Under the pieces are notes generated by a model, which was not told the DNA's origin, searched no databases, and was given only the letters and a program-made list of their open reading frames with translations. A stretch of 64,000 bases of DNA from Chloroflexota bacterium. GTDB lineage: Bacteria; Chloroflexota; UBA11872. The position numbers and the translations under genes were made by a program. Positions 17,722-26,696 of this stretch are shown in pieces. How positions within the stretch are numbered: the stretch's first letter is position 1; every line of letters begins with the position of its first letter. The DNA is taken from assembly GCA_028874175.1 (NCBI GenBank), contig JAPPLN010000010.1:6827-70826 (forward strand). The letters run 5' to 3'.

Positions 17722-19155
17722 TCAGGAATTCGAATCGGCCGTGTACACCCGCGTCGCGGGCCTGAAGGCCGCCCAGGCGAACCAGAAGTGGTTGGCGTGC
17801 ACCAGCGGCGGCAGTTCCGCGCCAGCCAGCGGCCCGGTCAGCGCGCGGCCGGTCACGTCCCACGTCGATCCCGTCTCCTGGTCGGTGAACGCATCGTCCT
17901 TGACGGCAAAGGTCAATTCGCGACCGTCGACGACCCGTCCGTAGGCGACCCCCGATCCGACCGCGTCGGCGTCCGCTATCGCGGAACTCCCGAGCGCGGA
18001 CGCCGTTTCGGGTGTCCATAACACCACGATCTTCTCACCCCCGACTTCGTCGTTGACGACGCGCTGGCTGCTGAGCTCGGTAAAGGGGTAGGCGGCGGAC
18101 TCGCTGCCTACCTCCACGGCCACCACGCGTTCGGTGGCCCGCAGGCGCTCGTCCATGCGTCCCTGGAACAGGAACGGCCGGCCGTCGGTGGTGTCGTAGC
18201 CACTGTAGGGGTTGCGTCCGTAGGGGCGCGGGACGCCGGTGTCGCGTGAGAGCACCTGGCCGTTCGGATACGCCGCCTTGAACTCATCAAATGCGATCAG
18301 CTGCGAGGGGACGAAACTCAGGTTGACCCCGGCCAGATGGCCCACCAGGCCCTCGCCGGTCAGCTGCTGCCACCAAGTCTCGGTGACGTCGTCCCACATG
18401 ATGAGGTCGCTGTTGCGCAGGTTGCCGGAGACGCCGAATCGCAGGACCGATCCGAAGACTTCGCGATCGAACACCACGGACGAGTTGCAGAGCGGGCAGA
18501 AGGTGACGGCGACCGGCCGCCCGCCGATGACGTCGTTGACGATCTCGTGGTAGGTCAGGATCTGCAGCGGGTAGGCGCGGGCCTCGCCGTTGACGCGCAG
18601 CGCGACGACCGGCTCGCGACCGGCGACAAACTGCACGGCTTCCGCAAAGTCGGTGAACTTTGGCTCGTCGATCGGCGGGATACCGTCGCGGGGCACACCG
18701 CCCGAGAAGATCTCGTCAAAGTGGACCAGCGAAGAATCGAAATCCGTCTTCCAGCCGATGTTGCGCCACGCGGTGGCGGATAGCTGATCGCGGTCGCTCA
18801 GCGTGATCAGGCGATCGGCCCGCGCTGCGAGGATGTCGGCGGGCACCTCCACGGGGCTGTCGGAGGCGGTAGCAGGTGCCGGCGGAAGGATGCCGACATC
18901 GCCCTGGGCCTGCCGCACGCGGGCCGCGATATCGGGCAGCCGGGTTCCGGCCGGCGGGCCGGAGGCGGGCGGTGGTTCCGCCGCCCGAGTGGCAGCCGGT
19001 GCTGCGGTCGACGCCGACGGCGGGGAAGCTGTAGCCTCCATCGCGGGCGGGGGCGGCGGCGGGTCCTCGCCACACGCGGCCAACACGCCAAGCGCGGCAC
19101 CGCCCAACGCGGCTGTGAGCAGGCGGCGGCGGGTCAGATGGATGGGAGTCTTCAT
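17722..19155 (-). CDS. DUF3179-domain lipoprotein
   Basis: Signal peptide plus LAACG lipobox, Pro/Ala-rich linker, then VAVTFCPLCNSSVVFDR and LRNSDLIMWD typical of DUF3179. Confidence 0.75.
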   Translation of the reverse strand: MKTPIHLTRRRLLTAALGGAALGVLAACGEDPPPPPPAMEATASPPSASTAAPAATRAAEPPPASGPPAGTRLPDIAARVRQAQGDVGILPPAPATASDSPVEVPADILAARADRLITLSDRDQLSATAWRNIGWKTDFDSSLVHFDEIFSGGVPRDGIPPIDEPKFTDFAEAVQFVAGREPVVALRVNGEARAYPLQILTYHEIVNDVIGGRPVAVTFCPLCNSSVVFDREVFGSVLRFGVSGNLRNSDLIMWDDVTETWWQQLTGEGLVGHLAGVNLSFVPSQLIAFDEFKAAYPNGQVLSRDTGVPRPYGRNPYSGYDTTDGRPFLFQGRMDERLRATERVVAVEVGSESAAYPFTELSSQRVVNDEVGGEKIVVLWTPETASALGSSAIADADAVGSGVAYGRVVDGRELTFAVKDDAFTDQETGSTWDVTGRALTGPLAGAELPPLVHANHFWFAWAAFRPATRVYTADSNS

Positions 19156-19259
19156 GCGTATTCAGAGATCCGAGTCATCGACTTAACAGTACGGCGAGCG
19201 AGTCCGTTCATCGGGAAGTATTCGAACACAGCCGGCGCCCGCGTCGGCCAGGGGTGGAT

Positions 19260-20948
19260 TCAGAGTCCCTGGGCGGAGGCCGTATGGAAGACGTCCACGC
19301 CGGCGCCGAGACCGCCGTCGGCATCGCGCAGAATGATGGCGGGACTGGCGAAGGCGGTGCGGCCGGGATAGATCGGAACGCGCACGTCCCAGCCGCGTGA
19401 CCGCAGGTTGGCGATGGCCTCGTCGCCAAAACGCGGATCCACGGTCACCCAGGGGGTGCTGGCATCCAGGCGCGGCGCGGCCACGGCTTCCTGGGCGCCC
19501 ATACCGAAGTCGAACACGTGCGCAATGAGCTGTGTGAGGCAGTTGGTGATGCGCCGCCCGCCGGAGGCGCCCACGGCCAGCGTGCGACCGTCCGGCGCGC
19601 GCACGATGGTTGGCGTCATGTTGTTGAGACCCGTGCGGTTGGAAGCAACCGAGTTGGGACGGCCCGGCACCGGATCGAACCAGAACATGCCGTTGTTCCA
19701 GGCGATACCGGTGTCACCGGGCACGACTTCCGAACCCCAGGAGCCCCCGAGGGTGTTGGTCAAGGACACGAGGGTGCCTTCGGCATCGGCGGTGCAGAGG
19801 TGGGTGGTGGAGGTTTCCGACTTCTGGCGCTCGAGTGCGCGAGCCGGATCCTGGTAAGCCCAGGCGTCACCGGCGTCGGGGATTGGGGGCGGGGCGTCGG
19901 CGTCGATCCGGGCTGCGCGTGTGGCGGCGTATTCCTTGGAGGCCAGCGCCTCCCACGGCGCGTCGGCCCGCTCGGGATCGGTCATGAACTCGAACCGGTC
20001 GGCGAATGCCAGCCTGGACGACCAGAGGTAGGCGTGCAGGCGCTCCACATCGTCGTGCGCCATTCCGGCCGACGCGGCGCGTTCATAGATGTTGAGGGTC
20101 TCGATGGTGGTCGGTCCGGCGCAGCCGGGTCCAGGCGTCAGGACCTCGGACCCTCGGTAGGTGGTAGTCAACGGCGGCGAGACGCTCGCGCGATACGCGG
20201 CCAGGTCAGACCGCTCGATGACACCATCGTTGGCAGCGCAGGCGTCGGCAATGGCGGCCGCGATGTCGCCCCGGTAGAAGGCCTCCGCGCCGTCCTCTGC
20301 CAGGACCGCCAGCGTGGCCGCCAACTCCGGCTGACTGATTCGGATTCTTTCCATGTGGTCGGACTGCGGCGGTTCGCCGTTGGGGTAGAAGTTCCGCTGG
20401 AGTTCGGGGTGACGCCGGGCGGCGGCCGCGGTGCCCTCCATGTACATCAAATCGAACCAACTGAGTTCAAAGCCCTCACGAGCCAGTTCAACGGCAGGGA
20501 GCACCAGGTCGCGCCAGGGCAGGCGGCCGTGACGCTCGTGCAGCAAGCCCAGTCCGGCCACGGCGCCCGGCACGCCCATCGCCCGGTAGCCGTGGATGTT
20601 GGCGTCGTCCACTACGCCGTCCCACAGGAAGGCGCTGACGTTGGCGCGGCCATCGCGCGGATAGCGGTCAGGGGTAGCGCCGGAACCCGAGCGCATGGGG
20701 AAGGCAACGACTTCAGCCAGTTCGGGACCGGCAATCACGGCATAGCCGCCGCCGCCGATGCCGCTGCTCCAGGGTTCGACCACGCCGACGGCGAGGGCGG
20801 CCGCCACCGCCGCATCCACGGCTGATCCGCCGGCGGCCAGCGCCTCCACACCTACCGCACTCGCAGCCTCGTGCTTGGTGGCCACCATGCCGCGCCGACC
20901 GCGGGCTTCGGACTTCTGAATGGTGAGTTGCGTGCGTGACGCGGACAT
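19260..20948 (-). CDS. ggt: Gamma-glutamyltransferase
   Basis: 562 aa. GGSAVDAAVAAALAVGVVEPWSSGIGGGGY, autoprocessing site SETSTTHLCTADAEG, GASGGRRI. Confidence 0.9.
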   Translation of the reverse strand: MSASRTQLTIQKSEARGRRGMVATKHEAASAVGVEALAAGGSAVDAAVAAALAVGVVEPWSSGIGGGGYAVIAGPELAEVVAFPMRSGSGATPDRYPRDGRANVSAFLWDGVVDDANIHGYRAMGVPGAVAGLGLLHERHGRLPWRDLVLPAVELAREGFELSWFDLMYMEGTAAAARRHPELQRNFYPNGEPPQSDHMERIRISQPELAATLAVLAEDGAEAFYRGDIAAAIADACAANDGVIERSDLAAYRASVSPPLTTTYRGSEVLTPGPGCAGPTTIETLNIYERAASAGMAHDDVERLHAYLWSSRLAFADRFEFMTDPERADAPWEALASKEYAATRAARIDADAPPPIPDAGDAWAYQDPARALERQKSETSTTHLCTADAEGTLVSLTNTLGGSWGSEVVPGDTGIAWNNGMFWFDPVPGRPNSVASNRTGLNNMTPTIVRAPDGRTLAVGASGGRRITNCLTQLIAHVFDFGMGAQEAVAAPRLDASTPWVTVDPRFGDEAIANLRSRGWDVRVPIYPGRTAFASPAIILRDADGGLGAGVDVFHTASAQGL

Positions 20949-21931
20949 CAGCGAACCGCGGCGTCGGAGAAGAGGGCACTCACGGATTCGCCGGTGTGAA
21001 TCCGGCGGATCGCTTCGGCCAGCATGCGCGCCACCGAGATCACGCGGATCTTGCCGCTGGGGCGATCGGGGTCCAGCGGCACGCTATCCGTCACGACCAT
21101 TTCCTCAACGGGGGAATCTGCAATCAGTTCGTAGGCCGCGTCGACGAAGACCGGATGCACACAGGCAGCGTAGATGGCCTTGGGGTTGTGGCGCAGGACT
21201 TCGCGCAGGCCCTCACGAATGGACTGGCCGGTCACGACCTCGTCTTCCACGTAGAGCACGGTGCGTCCGCGCACGTCGCCGGCCAGGCCGCGGATGGTCA
21301 CGTCCGAGGTGATGGGATCGCGAAACTTGTCCAGCACCGCCAACTGCGTGCGCAAACGGCGTGCGCACTCGCTCGCGGCCTTGATGCGGCCGGTATCGCC
21401 CACCACGACCAGGTCGTCGATGCCGAGTCCGGCGAAGTAATCGGTGAGCAACGGCATGCCGGTGAGGTGGTCGCTGGGCATGCTGAAGAAGCCGCCGATC
21501 TGGTCCGCGTGCAGATCCAGCGTCAGCACGCGGTCGGCCCCGGCCGTCGCCAGCAGGTCCGCCACCAGCCGGGCGGAAATCGGCACGCGCGGCTGGTCCT
21601 TCTTGTCGGAGCGCATGTACGGGAAGTACGGCAACACGGCCGTCACGCGCGCCGCCGAGGCGCGGCGCATGGCGTCGATGGTGATGAAGAGTTCCATCAC
21701 CGAGTGGTTGACCGGACGCTGCGAGGTCTGCACGACGAACACGTCGGCCTCTCGCACGTTTTCCATGACGCGGACGAACGTGTTGTCGTTGCCGTACTCG
21801 AAGATCTCGATCTCGCCAGGACGGCAGCCCAGTTCGCGGCAGATGCCGTCAGTGAGCACGGGATGCCCGCGGCATCCGAAGACCATCAGCCCGTCGTCCG
21901 CCATGCCCATTCCCCGCCCGCGCAGCGCCAC
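20948..21931 (-). CDS. prs: Ribose-phosphate pyrophosphokinase
   Basis: LDLHADQIGGFF, VVVGDTGRIKAA, YVEDEVVTGQS. The true start is probably a few codons downstream of the listed one (MGMADDGLMVFG). The stop overlaps the ggt ATG by 1 nt. Confidence 0.9.
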   Translation of the reverse strand: MALRGRGMGMADDGLMVFGCRGHPVLTDGICRELGCRPGEIEIFEYGNDNTFVRVMENVREADVFVVQTSQRPVNHSVMELFITIDAMRRASAARVTAVLPYFPYMRSDKKDQPRVPISARLVADLLATAGADRVLTLDLHADQIGGFFSMPSDHLTGMPLLTDYFAGLGIDDLVVVGDTGRIKAASECARRLRTQLAVLDKFRDPITSDVTIRGLAGDVRGRTVLYVEDEVVTGQSIREGLREVLRHNPKAIYAACVHPVFVDAAYELIADSPVEEMVVTDSVPLDPDRPSGKIRVISVARMLAEAIRRIHTGESVSALFSDAAVR

Positions 21932-21934
21932 GGG

Positions 21935-22366
21935 CTAGCGTATCGGGTCGTAGCAGACGACGACCGGCGTCACGGCGTGGCGGAGGACGTGGGTGGCGGT
22001 GCGGCCGAGATCGCAGTCGTGCTCGCCCAGAAAGCGATGCGCACCGACGACGATCGTGTCGGCTTCCTCGGCCAGGCTGGTTTCGACGATTGCGCTGAAC
22101 GCGGAGCGCGCCTGCTTGACTTCCGTACGCACTGGTGCGCCATTGGATGGCAGCAAGCGCCTGGCGTCATCCAGCACAGCTTCGGCCTGGCCAAGCATCT
22201 CGTCGCTGGACACGTTCAGGGGAAGGCGGTGGCTGACTTCGATGACGTGCAGCAGCAGGACCGAGGTGTCATGTGCGCGTGCGAGAAGCGCCGCGGTGGT
22301 AACCACCGCCTCGTCCATGTGCTGGCCGCTGACGGCGGCGATTACCGGGTTTTGGTTGGACGCCAT
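21935..22366 (-). CDS. Universal stress protein (UspA family)
   Basis: 143 aa. VLLLHVIEV...ADTIVVGAHR...LGRTATHVLRHAVTPVVV. Confidence 0.8.
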   Translation of the reverse strand: MASNQNPVIAAVSGQHMDEAVVTTAALLARAHDTSVLLLHVIEVSHRLPLNVSSDEMLGQAEAVLDDARRLLPSNGAPVRTEVKQARSAFSAIVETSLAEEADTIVVGAHRFLGEHDCDLGRTATHVLRHAVTPVVVCYDPIR

Positions 22367-22380
22367 GCCATAGGGCGAGG

Positions 22381-23424
22381 CTAGGTCGCAACGGCTTCCT
22401 GGGCGTGCCCGCTGCCGTTGGCCTGGGTGCCGTCCGGCCGCTCAAGCAGCAGTTCGCGCAGTTCGGCGTCCAGCTCTCGGGCAACGTCGAGGTTCTCTCG
22501 CAGGAAGGCCTTGGCGTTCTCACGCCCCATCCCCAGACGAATGTTGTCGTAGCTGTAGTGCGCGCCGCTCTTGGTGAGCACGCCGTGATCCACGCCAAGC
22601 GTCAGCAGGTCGCCCTCGGAGGAAATGCCCTGCCCGAACATCATGTCGAACTCACAGAAGCGAAAAGGCGGCGCGACCTTGTTCTTGACGACCCGCACGC
22701 GCGTACGCGCGCCGATGACGTCGGTACCCTTCTTGATCTGCCCGATGCGCCGGATGTCCAGGCGCACCGACGAGTAGAACTTGAGCGCGCGGCCGCCGGG
22801 CGTGGTCTCCGGGTTGCCGAACATCACGCCGATCTTCTCGCGCAACTGGTTGATGAAGATCACGATGGTGCGCGAACGGCTGATGTTGGCGGTCAGCTTG
22901 CGCATCGCCTGGGACATCAGGCGGGCCTGCAGGCCAACCTGCGTGTCACCCATGTCGCCGTCGATCTCGGCCCGTGGCACCAGGGCCGCCACGGAGTCCA
23001 CCACCACCAGGTCCACGGCGTTGCTGCGGACGAAGACGTCGGTAATCTCCAGGGCCTCTTCGCCGGCGTTGGGCTGAGAGACAATTAGCTCCCCCACGTC
23101 CACGCCCAGGGCCTCGGCGTACGTGGGGTCCATGGCGTGTTCCACGTCCACATAGACTGCGGCGCCGCCCGCCTTCTGAACTTCGGCTACGACGTGCAGC
23201 GCGAGGGTGGTCTTGCCGGATGCTTCTGGTCCGAAGACCTCGACCACGCGACCCCGGGGCAATCCGCCCACGCCCAGCGCCACGTCAAGGGACAGCGAGC
23301 CAGTTGAAACGGCCGGCACCTGGTCAGCCTGCATAGCGCCCATGCGCATGACCGAACCGGTGCCGAACTTGCGTTCGATCTGTTGAATCGCGGAGTCGAT
23401 CGCCTTTGCCTGGTCGTTGGCCAT
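22381..23424 (-). CDS. recA: Recombinase RecA
   Basis: [14 protein letters not shown], Walker [41 protein letters not shown]. Confidence 0.97.
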   Translation of the reverse strand: MANDQAKAIDSAIQQIERKFGTGSVMRMGAMQADQVPAVSTGSLSLDVALGVGGLPRGRVVEVFGPEASGKTTLALHVVAEVQKAGGAAVYVDVEHAMDPTYAEALGVDVGELIVSQPNAGEEALEITDVFVRSNAVDLVVVDSVAALVPRAEIDGDMGDTQVGLQARLMSQAMRKLTANISRSRTIVIFINQLREKIGVMFGNPETTPGGRALKFYSSVRLDIRRIGQIKKGTDVIGARTRVRVVKNKVAPPFRFCEFDMMFGQGISSEGDLLTLGVDHGVLTKSGAHYSYDNIRLGMGRENAKAFLRENLDVARELDAELRELLLERPDGTQANGSGHAQEAVAT

Positions 23425-23574
23425 ACGCCTGATCCCATCACCCCTGGCGCCGGGGCGGCCGGCGCACGCTCGTGCGGTTCATGGTATCGGAAGGGGCGAC
23501 AACCCTGCCCGATGTTGCGTCCGGCGGCGTGCTCGGATAGCGTGCCAGGGCAGCACTGTGGGAGCCGGTGGCCG

Positions 23575-24612
23575 ATGCAGTCGAAGCGAACGAGAGCCGC
23601 CGTGCTCTACGGGCCGGGCGACCTGCGGATCGAGTCGCGCGACGTCCGCGAGCCCGAGGCCGACGAGCTGGTGCTGCAGGTCGCGGTGTCCGGCATCTGC
23701 GGAACCGACCTGCATTACTGGGACGGCTGGCAGTTCGATTCGTGGTTCCCCGAGCGATCCGATCCATGGATTCCCGGGCACGAGTTCACCGCCACGGTGC
23801 AGGCCGTGGGCCCCGCAGTGCACGACCTGAAGCCGGGCGACAGCGTCGCGGTGGAGCCCAACAACTCCTGCGAGGATTGTCCCGAGTGCGACCGCGGGAT
23901 GCTGAATTTCTGTTCCAACCGCATGCCGATGGCCTGGGGCGCCTGGTCCGACGTGGTGATCGCCAACCGTCACCACCTCACCCCGCTGCCAGCCGGGGCC
24001 GACATGCGCACGGCCAGCCTGGCGGAACCGCTGGCCTGCGTGGTACGCGGGTTCGATCGCGTGACGGTGGACCCCGGCGACACCGTGTTCATTGCCGGCG
24101 CGGGGCCGATCGGGCTGCTGGCATTGGAGGTCGCCAAGCATCAGGGTGCCGGTCAGACGATTGTGAGCGAACCAGGCGCGACGCGCCGCAAGCTTGCGGC
24201 CACGCTCGGAGCGGACGTGGTACTGGACCCCAGGCGGGATGACCCTGTGGAGGCCGCCCGCAGCCTGACTAGCGGCTTTGGCGCAGACCTGGCCATCGAG
24301 GCCGCCGGAGCCGGGCCCGCCTTTCAGGCGTGCCTGGATACGGTTCGCGACTCGGGGACAGTGCTGGTGATCAGCGTCGGTAATCCGTCCGAGAAGTTCG
24401 AGTTGCGGCTCTACGACTTCTTCGCGCGCGAACGCACGATCGTGGGCAGCAATACACGCGTGCACACCTTCGAGCGGGCCCTGGATCTGATCCCGAAAAT
24501 CAACGTCGAGCCGATCATCACGCACACGTTCGACCTCAACGACGCGGTGGAGGCGGTAATGACGGCCAAGTCCGGCGCGGGCGCCAAGGTGGTCTTCGAC
24601 TTTCGGTCCTGA
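23575..24612 (+). CDS. Zn-dependent medium-chain dehydrogenase (threonine/sorbitol dehydrogenase-like)
   Basis: ATG 23575 inside ORF 23383..24612. GICGTDLHYW, GHEF, structural Zn site CEDCPECDRGMLNFC, GAGPIGLL. Confidence 0.85.
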   Translation: MQSKRTRAAVLYGPGDLRIESRDVREPEADELVLQVAVSGICGTDLHYWDGWQFDSWFPERSDPWIPGHEFTATVQAVGPAVHDLKPGDSVAVEPNNSCEDCPECDRGMLNFCSNRMPMAWGAWSDVVIANRHHLTPLPAGADMRTASLAEPLACVVRGFDRVTVDPGDTVFIAGAGPIGLLALEVAKHQGAGQTIVSEPGATRRKLAATLGADVVLDPRRDDPVEAARSLTSGFGADLAIEAAGAGPAFQACLDTVRDSGTVLVISVGNPSEKFELRLYDFFARERTIVGSNTRVHTFERALDLIPKINVEPIITHTFDLNDAVEAVMTAKSGAGAKVVFDFRS

Positions 24613-24618
24613 TCCCGG

Positions 24619-25650
24619 TCAGCGGCAGCGACCCCGTGCGGCGGTCGGCTGGCGGCAACTGAAGACCCGGGCGCCGTGGGCGCTGGCGACTGGAGATATC
24701 TCGCGGAAGTGCGGCTGAAGCAGGTCGCGCGGGCTCTGGGCGCTGGTGAGGACCACGCGTAGCTCACCGTCCGCCTGAAGACAGTTGCAGGCAGCTCGGA
24801 TGAGACGCGCGGCGGGACCGTGGTCTACGCGCGGTCCGACGTGAAACGGTGGGTAGCAGAGGGTCACGTCAAAGGCCTCCTCGCCGGACGGCCCGCCGTC
24901 AGCCAGAAGCACGTCCGCCTCAACTCCGTTGGCCGCCAGGGTCCGACGCGTGGTCTCCACGGCGGCATAGCTCCAGTCCAGGGCGGTCAGTTCGCGGTCG
25001 GGTCGCGCGGCGGCCACGGTGAGTGCGCCCGAGCCGCAGCCGAGATCGAGCCAGCGGCCGTCGTTATCCGGCAGGTTCTCGGCGAGCAGCGCCGTAGCCG
25101 GGTCGACACGGGTCGGCGAGAACAGGGTTGGGTGCCGGCAGAGGTTGACTTTCCGACCTGCGATCCGCTGGGTGGACGTCCACGCGAACTGCTGGGGCGG
25201 CGGATCTTCAACCTGGCGCTCGAACACGTACAGGCGGCGGTGCTCGGCGGCGGCGCGGTCGATGATCGGCCCGACCATCGGGGTCAGGCGACGGCGGAGC
25301 GACTCGATTCCGCGTGCCCGGTCGCCCAGCAGCGCCAGCAGGCCGCCTGGCGGCAGCGCCCGTGCCGCAGCGCGGACCACCCATTCCACACCGGTGCGGC
25401 CCAGCCAGTGCGGGGCGCGAACCACCGCGAAGCTGGCCTCCGCCGGCAGCAGCTCGTCCGGCGGCACCACGGCCCAGGCGCCGGCCCCGGCCTGACAACT
25501 CACCGAAGCTCCTATGTTCAGCGGAACCAGCATGCCGTCGTCCGGCCAGCCCGCGGCGTTCGCAGCTATTTCCAGTCCAGCGTCCCAGGCACCGCATTCC
25601 AGCAGCGGCGCCTCCGGCCGCCGGTCCAGCGCGCGCATGAGCAGTCGCAA
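24619..25650 (-). CDS. Class I SAM-dependent methyltransferase (RsmC/RlmG-like MTS domain)
   Basis: LDLGCGSGALTV and LCYPPFHVG (NPPF/H-type motif) in the C-terminal half. Confidence 0.7.
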   Translation of the reverse strand: MRLLMRALDRRPEAPLLECGAWDAGLEIAANAAGWPDDGMLVPLNIGASVSCQAGAGAWAVVPPDELLPAEASFAVVRAPHWLGRTGVEWVVRAAARALPPGGLLALLGDRARGIESLRRRLTPMVGPIIDRAAAEHRRLYVFERQVEDPPPQQFAWTSTQRIAGRKVNLCRHPTLFSPTRVDPATALLAENLPDNDGRWLDLGCGSGALTVAAARPDRELTALDWSYAAVETTRRTLAANGVEADVLLADGGPSGEEAFDVTLCYPPFHVGPRVDHGPAARLIRAACNCLQADGELRVVLTSAQSPRDLLQPHFREISPVASAHGARVFSCRQPTAARGRCR

Positions 25651-25898
25651 TTCCTGATCCAGCTCGCCGCCCGGCTGGTCGGCACGCGAGGGAATCGCAA
25701 CCGACCCGCCGGATATCCGGAGGCGACGCCACGTAAGGGCGGCGGTCAGAGCAATGGAAGCTGAGTTGCCATGCGGCGAGAGTAGCTACCGCTGCACGAA
25801 GCGTCGGCCATTCGTGGCAATGCAGAGATTCAATACGCCTTGTCTCTATCCTAAGAACAATGCGACAATCCAATTAGTAATGAGACGGAGCCTGGCCC

Positions 25899-26132
25899 AT
25901 GATCGAGTCACGCATCACCTCAAAGGGTCAGACCACCATCCCGAAGGCCGTGCGCGAGGCGTTGGCGGCCCAGCCCGGTGACCGCCTGCGGTACACGATC
26001 TTGGACGGCGAGGTGCGCATTCGTACCGTTCGCCCGCTGCAGCAGCTCTACGGCGTGCTGAAATACGAGGGGCCGCCTGTGTCACTTGACGACATGGACC
26101 GAGCCATCGCCGAGGGAGCTTCGGGCGATTGA
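25899..26132 (+). CDS. vapB: AbrB/SpoVT-fold type II antitoxin (VapB-like)
   Basis: MIESRITSKGQTTIPKAVREAL; 77 aa; 4-nt overlap with the PIN gene. Confidence 0.8.
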   Translation: MIESRITSKGQTTIPKAVREALAAQPGDRLRYTILDGEVRIRTVRPLQQLYGVLKYEGPPVSLDDMDRAIAEGASGD

Positions 26133-26527
26133 TCGCCATCGATACGAACGTGCTCGTGCGATACCTCGTGCGGGACGACGCTCGGCAAGCTGAAGCCGCC
26201 CGTGAGTTGCTGGATGGCCTAAGCGTCGAACGCCCTGCATTCATCTGCCGGGAAGTCATGATCGAGACTGTCTGGGTCCTGGAACGCTCCTATCGGTTCG
26301 CCCGCGAGCAAATCGCAGGCGTCCTGGCGGACCTCGTCACTGCCGAGACCCTCGTGGTGGAAGCCGCCGATGCCGTGTCGCGCTCAGCCGCCCGCTATCG
26401 CCAGAGCAACGCAGGCTTCGCCGATCTGATGATCGCCGAGGCGGCGGACCGCGTTGAGGCCTGGCCGCTATTCACGTTTGACCGCCGGCTGGCCCGCGAG
26501 GAGGGCGTCGTCCTCGTCCAACCCTAA
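26129..26527 (+). CDS. vapC: PIN-domain toxin (VapC)
   Basis: TTG start. (M)IAIDTNVLVRYLVRDD...ADLMIAEAA...TFDRRL: acidic PIN residues are present. Confidence 0.85.
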   Translation: MIAIDTNVLVRYLVRDDARQAEAARELLDGLSVERPAFICREVMIETVWVLERSYRFAREQIAGVLADLVTAETLVVEAADAVSRSAARYRQSNAGFADLMIAEAADRVEAWPLFTFDRRLAREEGVVLVQP

Positions 26528-26696
26528 GCGTCGCCGAGAGCCTGAACCGATCGGCTCGATCCCACGCGTCCGCTAGCAGCCGAGGCCTGAAAATCCTTGA
26601 CTCGCGTAGCATGCCCGCGGCGCACTTGCGCCAATTGCACATGCCTGGGGCCGCGCGAACCTCGCCGGCCATGGCGGACGGGCCGGTGACACCGCG

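Noticed and set aside
19518-20825. 435-aa plus ORF
   Set aside because: Antisense shadow of ggt.
20936-22384. 482-aa plus ORF
   Set aside because: Antisense shadow spanning prs and the universal stress protein gene.
23479-24525. 348-aa minus ORF
   Set aside because: Antisense shadow of the Zn-dependent dehydrogenase gene.
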